From: an uncultured Pseudomonadota bacterium
GTDB lineage: Bacteria > Babelota > Babeliae > Babelales > CAIQNR01
Direction: 5' to 3'
Assembly: GCA_964433415.1 (NCBI GenBank)
Contig: CAYSQM010000001.1
Location: forward strand, 11,468-75,467
Length of the DNA: 64,000 nucleotides
Shown here: one piece after another, positions 10,068-19,585 of the stretch
Position numbering within the stretch: position 1 is the first letter of the stretch
How the letters are laid out: each line of letters starts with the position of its first letter
Translations under genes and position numbers: made by a program
Notes under the pieces: generated by a model
Seen by the model: the letters and a program-made list of their open reading frames with translations, nothing else
The model's database searches: none
What the model was told of the DNA's origin: nothing

Positions 10068-10736
10068 ATGAAAGCTAAGAAAGTTTTTAGTTTATTGTTA
10101 TTAGTTCTTAATGTTTCAGCATTTGTTAATGCATCAGAAATCGGTAAAAAAGTAGGCGCTTCTGCTCCTGTAACTACAGAAGCAAAACAAGCAGTTGTAG
10201 TATCTGTTGATGTTGACAAAATTGTTGAAAAAGCTGAAGAGTTCATTTCTAAAAGAAAAGAAGTAGAAGAAAAGCTTAAAGTGCATGCAAAACCTTTAGA
10301 AGATCTTCAAAAAAAGGTGCAAGAAAAACAGGCTGCTATAGAAAAAAATAATACAAAATTAGCAACTGGCGCTAAAGATATGAATGAAGCAGCTAAAAAA
10401 GCAGTTCAAGATGAAAACAATGGGCATCAAACTGAAATCATGAAGGCTTCTCAAGAACATCAAGTAAAAGCTCAAGAATTTCAAGGTAAAGCAGAAACTG
10501 CACGTCAAGAGTTCATCAAATTTGTTCAAGACCGTATCAAGCAAGTAGCAAGAAAATTGGGTATTGATATTGTTGTGTTTCCAGGAGTTTCATTAGTAGT
10601 TAATGAATCATTTGATCATACTCATAAGATTCTTGAAGCATTGAATGCTGAACATGAAAAAAAGCATGAAGCTAAGAAATCAGCTATGGCTTCAGCAGCA
10701 AAACCTGCTCAACCAACAAAGCCTGCAGGCAAATAA
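10068..10736 (+). CDS. skp: Skp/OmpH-like periplasmic chaperone
   Basis: Signal peptide, long K/E/Q coiled-coil core, and an OmpH-like segment FVQDRIKQVARKLGIDIVVF. Has a C-terminal A/K/P-rich tail. Confidence 0.5.
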   Translation: MKAKKVFSLLLLVLNVSAFVNASEIGKKVGASAPVTTEAKQAVVVSVDVDKIVEKAEEFISKRKEVEEKLKVHAKPLEDLQKKVQEKQAAIEKNNTKLATGAKDMNEAAKKAVQDENNGHQTEIMKASQEHQVKAQEFQGKAETARQEFIKFVQDRIKQVARKLGIDIVVFPGVSLVVNESFDHTHKILEALNAEHEKKHEAKKSAMASAAKPAQPTKPAGK

Positions 10737-10769
10737 ATAACCTGATAATATTACAGAATAGTAAGTTTT

Positions 10770-10801
10770 GAGGCTGGATTATTCCAGCCTCATTTTTTTT
10801 T
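10770..10801 (+). terminator. rho-independent terminator
   Basis: Hairpin gaggctgga-ttat-tccagcctc followed by a T9 run. Confidence 0.85.
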
Positions 10802-10810
10802 AAGGGTATT

Positions 10811-11347
10811 ATGAATACAACAGTAGAAAAGCCAATTATCAAAGTTATTATTGGGCTTGGTAATCCAGGATCACAGTATAAATTTACACGTCATAATATA
10901 GGGTTCCAGGTAGTTGATGCTTTAGTTGAAACGCAGAGCGGTGCGTGGCAAAAAAAGGATCAGATGCTTATTGCTTCAATAACTATTAATGATAAACAAG
11001 TTTTGGTTATTAAGCCTCAAACTTTTATGAACTCTTCTGGTGACATTGTTCCCGGTTTGCTTAAAAAAGGGATAAAGCCAGAAGCTATTTTAGTGGTGCA
11101 TGATGAGCTAGAAAAACCATTTGGTTCTCTAATAGTTAAGCAAGGTGGTAGTCATAAGGGTCACAATGGGCTTCGTTCAATTATTGCAGCTTGTGGTTCT
11201 GAATTTTGGCGATTGAAATTTGGTATTGGGCGCCCTGAAAATAAAGATGAAGTACCGTATTATGTCTTGGCTAATTTTAAAGAATCAGGGTCTGAAATTT
11301 CATTGCTTATTTCTCAATCATTGAGCCTAATAGAAAATCTTATTTAG
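10811..11347 (+). CDS. pth: peptidyl-tRNA hydrolase
   Basis: Motifs IIGLGNPGSQYKFTRHNIGF, VVHDELEKPFG and GGSHKGHNGLRS. Confidence 0.92.
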   Translation: MNTTVEKPIIKVIIGLGNPGSQYKFTRHNIGFQVVDALVETQSGAWQKKDQMLIASITINDKQVLVIKPQTFMNSSGDIVPGLLKKGIKPEAILVVHDELEKPFGSLIVKQGGSHKGHNGLRSIIAACGSEFWRLKFGIGRPENKDEVPYYVLANFKESGSEISLLISQSLSLIENLI

Positions 11348-11434
11348 TAAACTATTGAAAGCAAGCCTCTTTTAATACTAAACTTATTTTTAATAGAAAT
11401 TTATTTTAAGAGCTGTATTCTGGAGGTTGTGCTT

Positions 11435-13267
11435 GTGAAGAAATTTTATAGTATTTTTTTAATGATAATTGTGAGTGCTTTAAATGCTTCTCAGCCATCA
11501 GTCACTTTGCGTCCTTCTGGTGGTCCTTTAACTCAAATTCAAGAAAATCAAGGTGGGGTAGCAAAAGGAATTAATGACCTTGTGAGTTTAGCAGCTGTTC
11601 CCAATTTATCATTGTTATGGCAAAATAATTTATCAAGTTTAAATCCTTCTAATATAAAATATTACAGAACATTTTTGACTGAGGTTTTTTCTGCAAAATT
11701 AAGTCTTTTGATGGGGTCTGCAGTATGTGTTGCAGATCAAAGTGCTCCACTTGCTTTATCTTTAGTTCAAAATTTACAGTTGTCTCGTTATATTAGATCT
11801 TTTAGTCAAGGATTTAATCCAACTACTTCAGCACCAGCGTCTGGACAGTATGCAGGTCAAGCGCTCTCTCCAGCAGATACGTTTGCCGGTGTTATTGTTA
11901 TAAATAATTTTTCATCTCAGTATAAAAATATTGGATTTCAGGCCGCTTTTGTAGATCAAGGCTCAGATGTTAATGGAAATACTTTATATTCTCCAAATAC
12001 AATTACTCTTTTGCCAGATTATCAACAAAATTCAGCTTATGATGGAGCGGTTTTTTCTCAAAGTACAGAAACAAACAACGGCTTTGTTTTTCCTGGAGAT
12101 GTTAAATTTATTCCGGCATTAGATTTTACAGATTCTTGGTATGATCATGACAATGAGTTATGGCAAGACACTACTCCTATTCGATCTGTATGGTATAGAA
12201 CTGCAGATCTTAATCAGGATAATGCAGATTATCAGGCTTTAACTTTAAATGGTACCGCACAAACGCCAGTTTATGGTGCATGGACAGGTGTTCTTATTTC
12301 TCAAAAAAATGGTGTTCCTTTTGTTCAACTTTTTCAAAATGATTATAGTGGAATTATTTATAAAGGAACAGATACTACTAATGCAGATGTTCAGAATTTT
12401 TTTAATAATGACCCTGGTGTTCAATGGGCGCCTGTTTTATTAATAAGTGATAATGGATTGGGTAATGGAACAGGAACAATTGATATTATTGGGTTAGTAA
12501 AATTGAATCCTTATTATTTTCCATTATATTACAGTGGTTTTATAGTGCCTGAATCAACAAAGTTTACTTATGATGCAAATAATAATCCAAATGCAATAAC
12601 CTCTTATGTTAATCCAGCAACTAATTTAACTTATTTCTCAGAAAGAAAAATTTTTGATTCTATTGTTACTATTTTTAATAATGCTTCTGCGTTGGGTGAA
12701 ATGCCTCAAGCAAATTATGCAGTTAATCCAAGCTTACTCTATATGCCAACTTTACTCACTACTAAAAACGTTCCAATTACAGAAGATAGTAGTAAGAATT
12801 TTCTTCCCACTTCATGGGTAGCTATTGCTCCAAAGTTTTTGCCATCAGGTGTTGGAGTTTCTCTTGTTTTATCTCAGCCTCTTGTTAATCCAAAAACTCC
12901 TTATCTATGGGATGCAGGGACAGTATATGCTAACGGACAGCAACTTTCAGCTTATGGGCACTTGCAAAATTTTGCACTTGCAAAAATGGTAGGATTGTTG
13001 CAAATGGATACAATTCCTGGTGATTCTTCAAATGCTACGTATGAATCTCTCTTTAAGCAATCGATTGCTGAGCTTAAAAAATATTATATATTGCCAGGCT
13101 TTTTAACCAATATAAAAGATGGTACTGGGTTATCTGCAATAGAAAGATTGCTTAATGCCCCTAGCTCTAGTCAATCAATTGTATGGGCTGGGCAGACTGA
13201 TACTTTTATGCCAGCTAATGGTAGTTATGTTCCTGCAGTAAAAGTATCAACAATTATTCAACAATAA
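11435..13267 (+). CDS. secreted low-charge N/Q/S/T/G/Y-rich protein (surface-structure candidate)
   Basis: The track starts at GTG 11429. The GGAGG at 11423-11427 is better spaced for GTG 11435, giving MKKFYSIFLMIIVSALNA (signal peptide). Its composition is strikingly poor in K/E compared with its neighbours. No motif recognised. Confidence 0.65.
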   Translation: MKKFYSIFLMIIVSALNASQPSVTLRPSGGPLTQIQENQGGVAKGINDLVSLAAVPNLSLLWQNNLSSLNPSNIKYYRTFLTEVFSAKLSLLMGSAVCVADQSAPLALSLVQNLQLSRYIRSFSQGFNPTTSAPASGQYAGQALSPADTFAGVIVINNFSSQYKNIGFQAAFVDQGSDVNGNTLYSPNTITLLPDYQQNSAYDGAVFSQSTETNNGFVFPGDVKFIPALDFTDSWYDHDNELWQDTTPIRSVWYRTADLNQDNADYQALTLNGTAQTPVYGAWTGVLISQKNGVPFVQLFQNDYSGIIYKGTDTTNADVQNFFNNDPGVQWAPVLLISDNGLGNGTGTIDIIGLVKLNPYYFPLYYSGFIVPESTKFTYDANNNPNAITSYVNPATNLTYFSERKIFDSIVTIFNNASALGEMPQANYAVNPSLLYMPTLLTTKNVPITEDSSKNFLPTSWVAIAPKFLPSGVGVSLVLSQPLVNPKTPYLWDAGTVYANGQQLSAYGHLQNFALAKMVGLLQMDTIPGDSSNATYESLFKQSIAELKKYYILPGFLTNIKDGTGLSAIERLLNAPSSSQSIVWAGQTDTFMPANGSYVPAVKVSTIIQQ

Positions 13268-13268
13268 A

Positions 13269-14039
13269 ATGAAGGATTTTCTTATGAATAAAAAAAATAT
13301 ATTTATTGTTTTAACTATGATTAATGGATTATTTTTAATAAATCATATTAATGGTGCAACAAAGTTTTTCACTAATACAGCCCTTAATTATAGCATTAAT
13401 CAAGAACAGGTAAATTACTATTGGAACGATAGATTATGGGGTGTTCGTATTAATGTCTCTTCAGATCTTACTAAAGATCCAATAACAGAGCTTCCTAAGA
13501 TGGTGAGCTCTGGCAGCACTCTTACTGTAACTCCTTCTTCAACTATTACTATAGTAAAAACAAATGCTTACAATTTAACCCCTGTTGCAGCTGATTATGC
13601 AAATATTGTTAATTTTGTTATTCCGTCTCAATATAAAATAGAAGTTCTTAAAGGGCAGACTTCTTATATTTCATTATGTCCTACTAATATGACTAATTTT
13701 GTAAATAATAATGAGCAGAATGATGATTTTAATATGGGTCTTCCTAGTTTTTCAATGACTCTTTTAAATGGTCTTACTGCTTGGGAATCAAAAACTAAAT
13801 TTAATAATAAAGAAGATTTTAATGTTGCAGAATCAAAGGTCTATAATGTGTTAAATTATTGTTCACTTTTTAAACCAATTTCTGGGGTAAGTCTTGATGC
13901 ATTAATTGATCAATTATACACACCATTAGCAGTTGATGTGACTCAATATTATAAGAACAATCAATCAAATTTTCCTTTTAATATGACACTTAATTTAAAT
14001 AGTCAGACGTACCCAACTTATCAATTGGGTTCTCTTTAG
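13269..14039 (+). CDS. secreted low-charge N/T/S-rich protein, coupled to the upstream gene
   Basis: Starts 1 nt after the stop of the upstream ORF. Hydrophobic leader NIFIVLTMINGLFLINHINGA. Same compositional style as the upstream ORF. The 3-prime end overlaps the convergent alaS stop by 4 nt. Confidence 0.6.
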   Translation: MKDFLMNKKNIFIVLTMINGLFLINHINGATKFFTNTALNYSINQEQVNYYWNDRLWGVRINVSSDLTKDPITELPKMVSSGSTLTVTPSSTITIVKTNAYNLTPVAADYANIVNFVIPSQYKIEVLKGQTSYISLCPTNMTNFVNNNEQNDDFNMGLPSFSMTLLNGLTAWESKTKFNNKEDFNVAESKVYNVLNYCSLFKPISGVSLDALIDQLYTPLAVDVTQYYKNNQSNFPFNMTLNLNSQTYPTYQLGSL

Positions 14040-16648
14040 ATTTTTATTTTAAGCATCCAGCCTTGAATTTCTTTTTCAAGATCTTTTGGAATTTTTCCGC
14101 CACTACCTTGTAAGGTGCCAGGTTTTCCACCACCTTTAAGCCCAGCATTTTGATGAAGCCATGAGCTAAAAACTTTAAGATCTATTTGTTGAGCGTATTC
14201 AGAAGAAAGAGCTGCATAGAATGATGATTTTTCTATGATGTCTTGGTTTATAAAAATATAAAATCCAGGGATTTTATTTTGTAAATAGTTAACAGCATCA
14301 CGCAATTCATCAAGGATATAATTAGTTGTTGTCATGTATAAAAATGGTATACCATTTACTTGCGTAATAAGTGATAGCCATTGGACTAATTGAGCATGCA
14401 GAGCCTGCTTTTTTATTGATTTCAGACTGAGTTCTGTAATATGTAGTAGTTCTTCTTGTTTATCAATAGCATTACCAACTTCTTCTGGTTTAACAGAAAA
14501 TTTTTGGCTTAATGTTTTGATTGTATTAAAATTTTCTTGCATTAATTCAAGGGCTCTAATACCTGTTAAAGCGACTATTCGTCTATTGCCAGCAGATAAG
14601 GCACTCATTTCAGTGATTTTAAATATGCCAATTGCGCCTGTTGCAGAGACATGAGTTCCTCCACAAAGTTCTGCAGAAAAATTTGGAATATCTACAACAC
14701 GAACATTTTCTGGATTATATTTTTCTCCAAAAATTGCAATAACACCACGTTCAAGAGCATTTTTATAGGTTGTTTCAAAAATTTCTAAGGCTATATTTTC
14801 ACGAATTTTTTCATTAACTTTCTCTTCTATTTGTTTTATCTCGTGAGTAGTTAAATTTTGATGATAGGTAAAATCAAAGCGTAAATAATCAGCATTGACT
14901 ACAGAACCAGATTGTTTAATTTGTTTGCCAAAAAGTTCAATTAACGCAGCTTGTAACATATGGGTTGCAGTGTGATTGTTCATTGTCATTGTGCGGAGGT
15001 TGGTTTCTACTTTTTGGTCAACTATTTCTCCTATTTCAAAGTCAATTGGTGCAGTAATTTCAATGCCAATAGCATTTTTATTATTGAGTTTTTGAAGTGC
15101 TTTAACAGGTACTGTATGTCCTTTAATAATTATTACACCTGCATCATCAACTTGGCCGCCAGTTGCAACAAAAAACGGACAAACTTTAGTAATTATCCAG
15201 CATTTTTGACCAGATTTAACTGTAGTTGTTGGTTTGTTGTCTACTAAAATAAACACAATTTCAGATTGAATATGAGTAGTTGTATAGCCAACAAAATCAG
15301 TTTTTAAATGATCTGGAAGTGCTAGTTCTTGTTGTGCACTTTTCATTTTTTTTCCAGAAAGGCGTCGTTGTTCTTCCATATAGTGTTCAAAGCCTTGACT
15401 GTCAACAGAGTAGCCACGTTCTTGTGCTGCAAGAATAGTAACTTCTAATGGAAATCCATAGGTATCATATAATTTAAATGCATGTTGCCCTGTTATAATC
15501 TTTGTAGTACTTACTTCTTTAAAATAAGCTTCAAGAATCTGTTGGCCCCTAATTAAATTATTAGAGAATTGGTCGATTTCATTAGTTAATAAATTTACAA
15601 TCATAGTTTGATTAACAGCTAGTTCAGGATAAATAGTACTCATTTCTTCAATGAATTTTTTTGCTAAATCAGGAAAAATATTTTGAGTGGTTAATTTTTG
15701 AGTGAATAATGCTGCTCGTCTAATAATTTTGCGTAATACGTAGCCACGACCTTCATTTGAAGGAGAACCGCCGTCTGCAATAATTAATGAAGAAGAACGA
15801 ATATGATCAGCAAGTACATGAAAAGCAGCTTTAATTTCTGATGTTGATTTTTGGTAGCTTATTCCAGTTAAATTTTCTGTTTCTTTAATTAAATATGTAA
15901 AAAGGTCTGTTTCATACACAGAGTCAACATTTTGTATAACGCATGCCAAACGTTCTAATCCCATACCGGTATCAACACCAGTTTGTTTTAGAGGAACTAA
16001 GGTTCCATCATCTTGACGATCAAATTGCATAAAAACATTATTCCATATTTCTAAAATAATACCGCTATCAAAATCTTCTTGGGTTGCCAGAGTAGCCCGT
16101 TCATTTATTGGGCGCAGGTCTAAAAATATTTCGGTGCAAGGGCCGCAAGGGCCAGTATCACCCATTTGCCAGAAATTATCTTTTTTACCAAATCGGTAAA
16201 TTCGTTGGGCAGGCACACCCATTTCTTTTTCCCAAATATCAAATGATTCATTGTCTTCTTCATAGACAGAAACAAACATATTTTGAGGGTCTAAGCCCAT
16301 ATCTTTAGTTAAAAATTCCCATGCGTAGGCGATAGCTTCTTTTTTAAAGTAATCGCCAAATGAAAAATTTCCCATCATTTCAAAAAAAGTAAGATGTCTT
16401 TTGGTAAAACCAACATTATCAAGATCGTTATGTTTTCCGCCAGCGCGAACACATTTTTGAATAGTAGTAGCTCTCTTGTAGCTTCTTGTTTCATTTCCTA
16501 AAAAAAGATCCTTAAATTGGTTCATTCCTGCATTAGTGAAAAGTAATGTGGGATCTTGTGCAGGAATAAGTGAAGAGCTTTCTATTTTTTCATGATTTTT
16601 TTTCATAAAAAAATCAAAGAATTTTTTGCGAATTTCAAGGGAATTCAT
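14036..16648 (-). CDS. alaS: alanine--tRNA ligase
   Basis: 870 aa. Motifs FTNAGMNQFK, editing-site HTATHMLQ and CGGTH, and a C-terminal GGGKPG (DHHA1-like). Confidence 0.95.
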   Translation of the reverse strand: MNSLEIRKKFFDFFMKKNHEKIESSSLIPAQDPTLLFTNAGMNQFKDLFLGNETRSYKRATTIQKCVRAGGKHNDLDNVGFTKRHLTFFEMMGNFSFGDYFKKEAIAYAWEFLTKDMGLDPQNMFVSVYEEDNESFDIWEKEMGVPAQRIYRFGKKDNFWQMGDTGPCGPCTEIFLDLRPINERATLATQEDFDSGIILEIWNNVFMQFDRQDDGTLVPLKQTGVDTGMGLERLACVIQNVDSVYETDLFTYLIKETENLTGISYQKSTSEIKAAFHVLADHIRSSSLIIADGGSPSNEGRGYVLRKIIRRAALFTQKLTTQNIFPDLAKKFIEEMSTIYPELAVNQTMIVNLLTNEIDQFSNNLIRGQQILEAYFKEVSTTKIITGQHAFKLYDTYGFPLEVTILAAQERGYSVDSQGFEHYMEEQRRLSGKKMKSAQQELALPDHLKTDFVGYTTTHIQSEIVFILVDNKPTTTVKSGQKCWIITKVCPFFVATGGQVDDAGVIIIKGHTVPVKALQKLNNKNAIGIEITAPIDFEIGEIVDQKVETNLRTMTMNNHTATHMLQAALIELFGKQIKQSGSVVNADYLRFDFTYHQNLTTHEIKQIEEKVNEKIRENIALEIFETTYKNALERGVIAIFGEKYNPENVRVVDIPNFSAELCGGTHVSATGAIGIFKITEMSALSAGNRRIVALTGIRALELMQENFNTIKTLSQKFSVKPEEVGNAIDKQEELLHITELSLKSIKKQALHAQLVQWLSLITQVNGIPFLYMTTTNYILDELRDAVNYLQNKIPGFYIFINQDIIEKSSFYAALSSEYAQQIDLKVFSSWLHQNAGLKGGGKPGTLQGSGGKIPKDLEKEIQGWMLKIKI

Positions 16649-16730
16649 ATATATGCCTATCTTTATTTTTAATAATTAATCCATCGGATTTAGTTATAGG
16701 ATATCTCAAAATAAATATACTTTAAATGCT

Positions 16731-19472
16731 TTATTTAGTTTCTTGCCAATTTTTTCCAAGAGCAGTATTTGCTTTAAGGGCAATATTCCATCGAACAACG
16801 GACTCGAGCTCATCTTTTACTAATTGTTGTACTATTTCAGCCTGATCTTGTGCAACTGTTATTAAAAGTTCATCATGAATTTGCAAAAGAAGTTTGGCTT
16901 GATAGTTATTTTTTTTGAGAGCAGCTTCAACGCGTAGCATGCCAATTTTCATAATTTCGGCAGCAGTGCCTTGAACAACAGTATTAATAGCTATTCTACA
17001 GGCAAGTTCATAAAGGTTTTTATTTTTTTCATAGATTCCAGGTACTGCACGTCTTCTTCCATGGACTGTGGTTACGTAGCCATTCTTTTTTGCTTCTTCG
17101 ATAATTTTATCCATCCAAATACGTACTTTTGGATATTGTTCAAAGTAAGTATCAATATAAAGTTTTGCATCTTTAAGTGATATATTTAAATCTTTTGAAA
17201 GGCCGTAAGGTGTAAGGCCATATAAAATACTAAAATTAATTCGTTTGCCAATTGAGCGTTGATGTTTAGTTACTTCAGAAAGTGGTACATTGAAAATTTT
17301 TGAAGCTGATTCTGAATGAATATCATGACCAGCTAAAAAAGCATTTACTAAATGAGTATCTTTAGAAAGATGTGCAAGTACACGTAGTTCAATTTGTGAG
17401 TAATCGGCTGATAAAAATAGTTGTCCAGATGTTGGTTTAAATGCAGCACGGATATTACTACCAAATCCTTCTACGGGGATATTTTGTAAATTTGGTTCTG
17501 AGCTAGAAAGTCGACCAGTAGCTGTTCTAATTTGACTAAAGCTTGTATGTATTTTGCCACTTTTTTGATTGATGTATTCAGGAAGTGAATCAATATAAGT
17601 ACTTTTTAATTTGAATAACTCACGATATTGGGCAATATATCCAGGTATTGGATGAATTTTTGCAAGTTCAATGAGTACTTCATTGTCAGTTGAATAACTA
17701 CCACTTTTTGAACTTTTTCTTTGAACAGGAAGTTTTAAATGGGTAAATAATAAATCTTCAATTTGCTTTGGTGAATTCAAATTAATTTCTGCAAAATCTG
17801 GTCCTAGTAAGTCTAGGATTGGCTTTTTTATATCTTCAAGTTGTTTACTAACAATCAGGCCAAGTTCTTTTAGATTATTTATATCGCAATAGATTCCACG
17901 TTTTTCCATTGAGTAGAGTACCTGTATAAGTGGTAGCTCAATATCATAATAGATGCGTGTCATAGATTTTTCTTCTAATAATCTTTCTAGGATAGGGTAA
18001 AGTCTAAAGGTCTGATGAGCATCTGCAGCAGCATATTCAGTTGCTTCGTAAAGAGGTACTTGTGCAATTGATTTATATTTTTTTTGGGTAACTACTTCAT
18101 CAAAAGTAAGCATAGGTTCTTGTAAATAATGAGTTGAAAGTTCTTTTAACGAAGCTCGTTGCCATTCATCTTTTACTAAACTTGCTGCTATCATGGTATC
18201 AAAAACAAGTCCTGTTGTTTCTACGCCTTCTTGAGCAATAACGTGTTGATCAAATTTTGCATGATGGGCAATTTTTTTGATTGAAGAATCTTCAAATAAT
18301 GGTTTTAACATTTTTATTACAAAAGCTTTTTCAAGTTGTTCATGTTTTTCATGGGGGTTTATATTTGTGTGGCCAATTGGTATATAAAAGGCCTGTTTTT
18401 CTTGTACGCAGATCGAAATTCCCATGATATTCATGGTAAGGGGGTCAAGGCCATCACCTTCTGTGTCGTAAGCAAATATTTTTTTTTCTTTGAGCAACGC
18501 GCAAAGTTCGTCAAGTTGTTTTTCTGTAGTGACTGTAATAAATGTGTAATTTTTTTCATGTGACGATAAAACATTACGTGTTTTTTCTGTTGGGATAATT
18601 GTTCCCTGGGTTATGTTAATTTCTTTCAAAAAGCTTTTAAATAAAAGTTTTTCAAATAATGGCTTGGCATATGCCCAATTATTTTTATTAAATGCTAATT
18701 GGTTGTTGGTTAAGTGGGTTTTGTAATAATAAAATAAAAAAAGTTTTTCACTTAAAAAAGCATCTGATTTATATTGTTGTAATGCAGCAATTGCACGATT
18801 TGAACCTATTTTGTCAAGATTTTTATAAGCATCTTCTAATGAGCTAAATTGGTTACAAAGATCTTGAGCACCTTTTTTGCCAATTCCTTTAACGCCAGGA
18901 ATATTGTCTGATGCATCACCAAGAAGTGCAAAATAAAAAGGAATACGTTCAACAGGAAAACCCATTTTTTCTTCAAAGCTTTTTTTGGTTATCATTTCTT
19001 CTTTGAATGCATCATACATTTGTACTTGGTCAGACAGCATCTGCCCCATGTCTTTATCAGATGATATTACAATTACATTATTTCCAGCGATAGAGGTCCA
19101 GTCTTTTGAAAGGGAATAAATTAAATCATCAGCCTCTATGCCAATTTGAGCAATTTGTTTGAGTTTAATAAGGTCTGCAAATTCAATAATTAACTCTTTT
19201 TGTTCAAAGATATCGCTTGGCGGTGCTTGGCGTGTAGCTTTATAGGCTTCAAATATTTCATGACGAGTCGTTTTTCCTTTACTGTCCCAGACTAAAATAA
19301 AATGCTCTGGATTAAAAAGATCAATTAATTTTTTAATCATACGACAGAATCCGTATACAGCTTGAACTGGTTTTCCATCGGCGGTGTGCAATGGTTTTAA
19401 ACCATAATAAGCACGATAAAGAAATGAAGATCCATCAATAATAAATAATGTTTTTGTTGTATCGTTATGCAT
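16731..19472 (-). CDS. polA: DNA polymerase I
   Basis: N-terminal 5-prime nuclease region (FIIDGSSFLYRAYY), 3-5 exo motif YDTEGDGLD, and polymerase motifs DYSQIELRVLAH, KRINFSILYG and QIHDEL. The start is moved to MHNDTTK (ATG at 19472, AAGGA upstream); the track extension is hydrophobic junk. Confidence 0.93.
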   Translation of the reverse strand: MHNDTTKTLFIIDGSSFLYRAYYGLKPLHTADGKPVQAVYGFCRMIKKLIDLFNPEHFILVWDSKGKTTRHEIFEAYKATRQAPPSDIFEQKELIIEFADLIKLKQIAQIGIEADDLIYSLSKDWTSIAGNNVIVISSDKDMGQMLSDQVQMYDAFKEEMITKKSFEEKMGFPVERIPFYFALLGDASDNIPGVKGIGKKGAQDLCNQFSSLEDAYKNLDKIGSNRAIAALQQYKSDAFLSEKLFLFYYYKTHLTNNQLAFNKNNWAYAKPLFEKLLFKSFLKEINITQGTIIPTEKTRNVLSSHEKNYTFITVTTEKQLDELCALLKEKKIFAYDTEGDGLDPLTMNIMGISICVQEKQAFYIPIGHTNINPHEKHEQLEKAFVIKMLKPLFEDSSIKKIAHHAKFDQHVIAQEGVETTGLVFDTMIAASLVKDEWQRASLKELSTHYLQEPMLTFDEVVTQKKYKSIAQVPLYEATEYAAADAHQTFRLYPILERLLEEKSMTRIYYDIELPLIQVLYSMEKRGIYCDINNLKELGLIVSKQLEDIKKPILDLLGPDFAEINLNSPKQIEDLLFTHLKLPVQRKSSKSGSYSTDNEVLIELAKIHPIPGYIAQYRELFKLKSTYIDSLPEYINQKSGKIHTSFSQIRTATGRLSSSEPNLQNIPVEGFGSNIRAAFKPTSGQLFLSADYSQIELRVLAHLSKDTHLVNAFLAGHDIHSESASKIFNVPLSEVTKHQRSIGKRINFSILYGLTPYGLSKDLNISLKDAKLYIDTYFEQYPKVRIWMDKIIEEAKKNGYVTTVHGRRRAVPGIYEKNKNLYELACRIAINTVVQGTAAEIMKIGMLRVEAALKKNNYQAKLLLQIHDELLITVAQDQAEIVQQLVKDELESVVRWNIALKANTALGKNWQETK

Positions 19473-19585
19473 TCTATGGTCCTTGTTTTTTCTTCTTGAG
19501 TATTCATGGTACACTGATAAAAAAATTATCAAGTAAAGTAAATGCATAATAGTATAAGCATAATAATATAAGAATATAGGGTATC

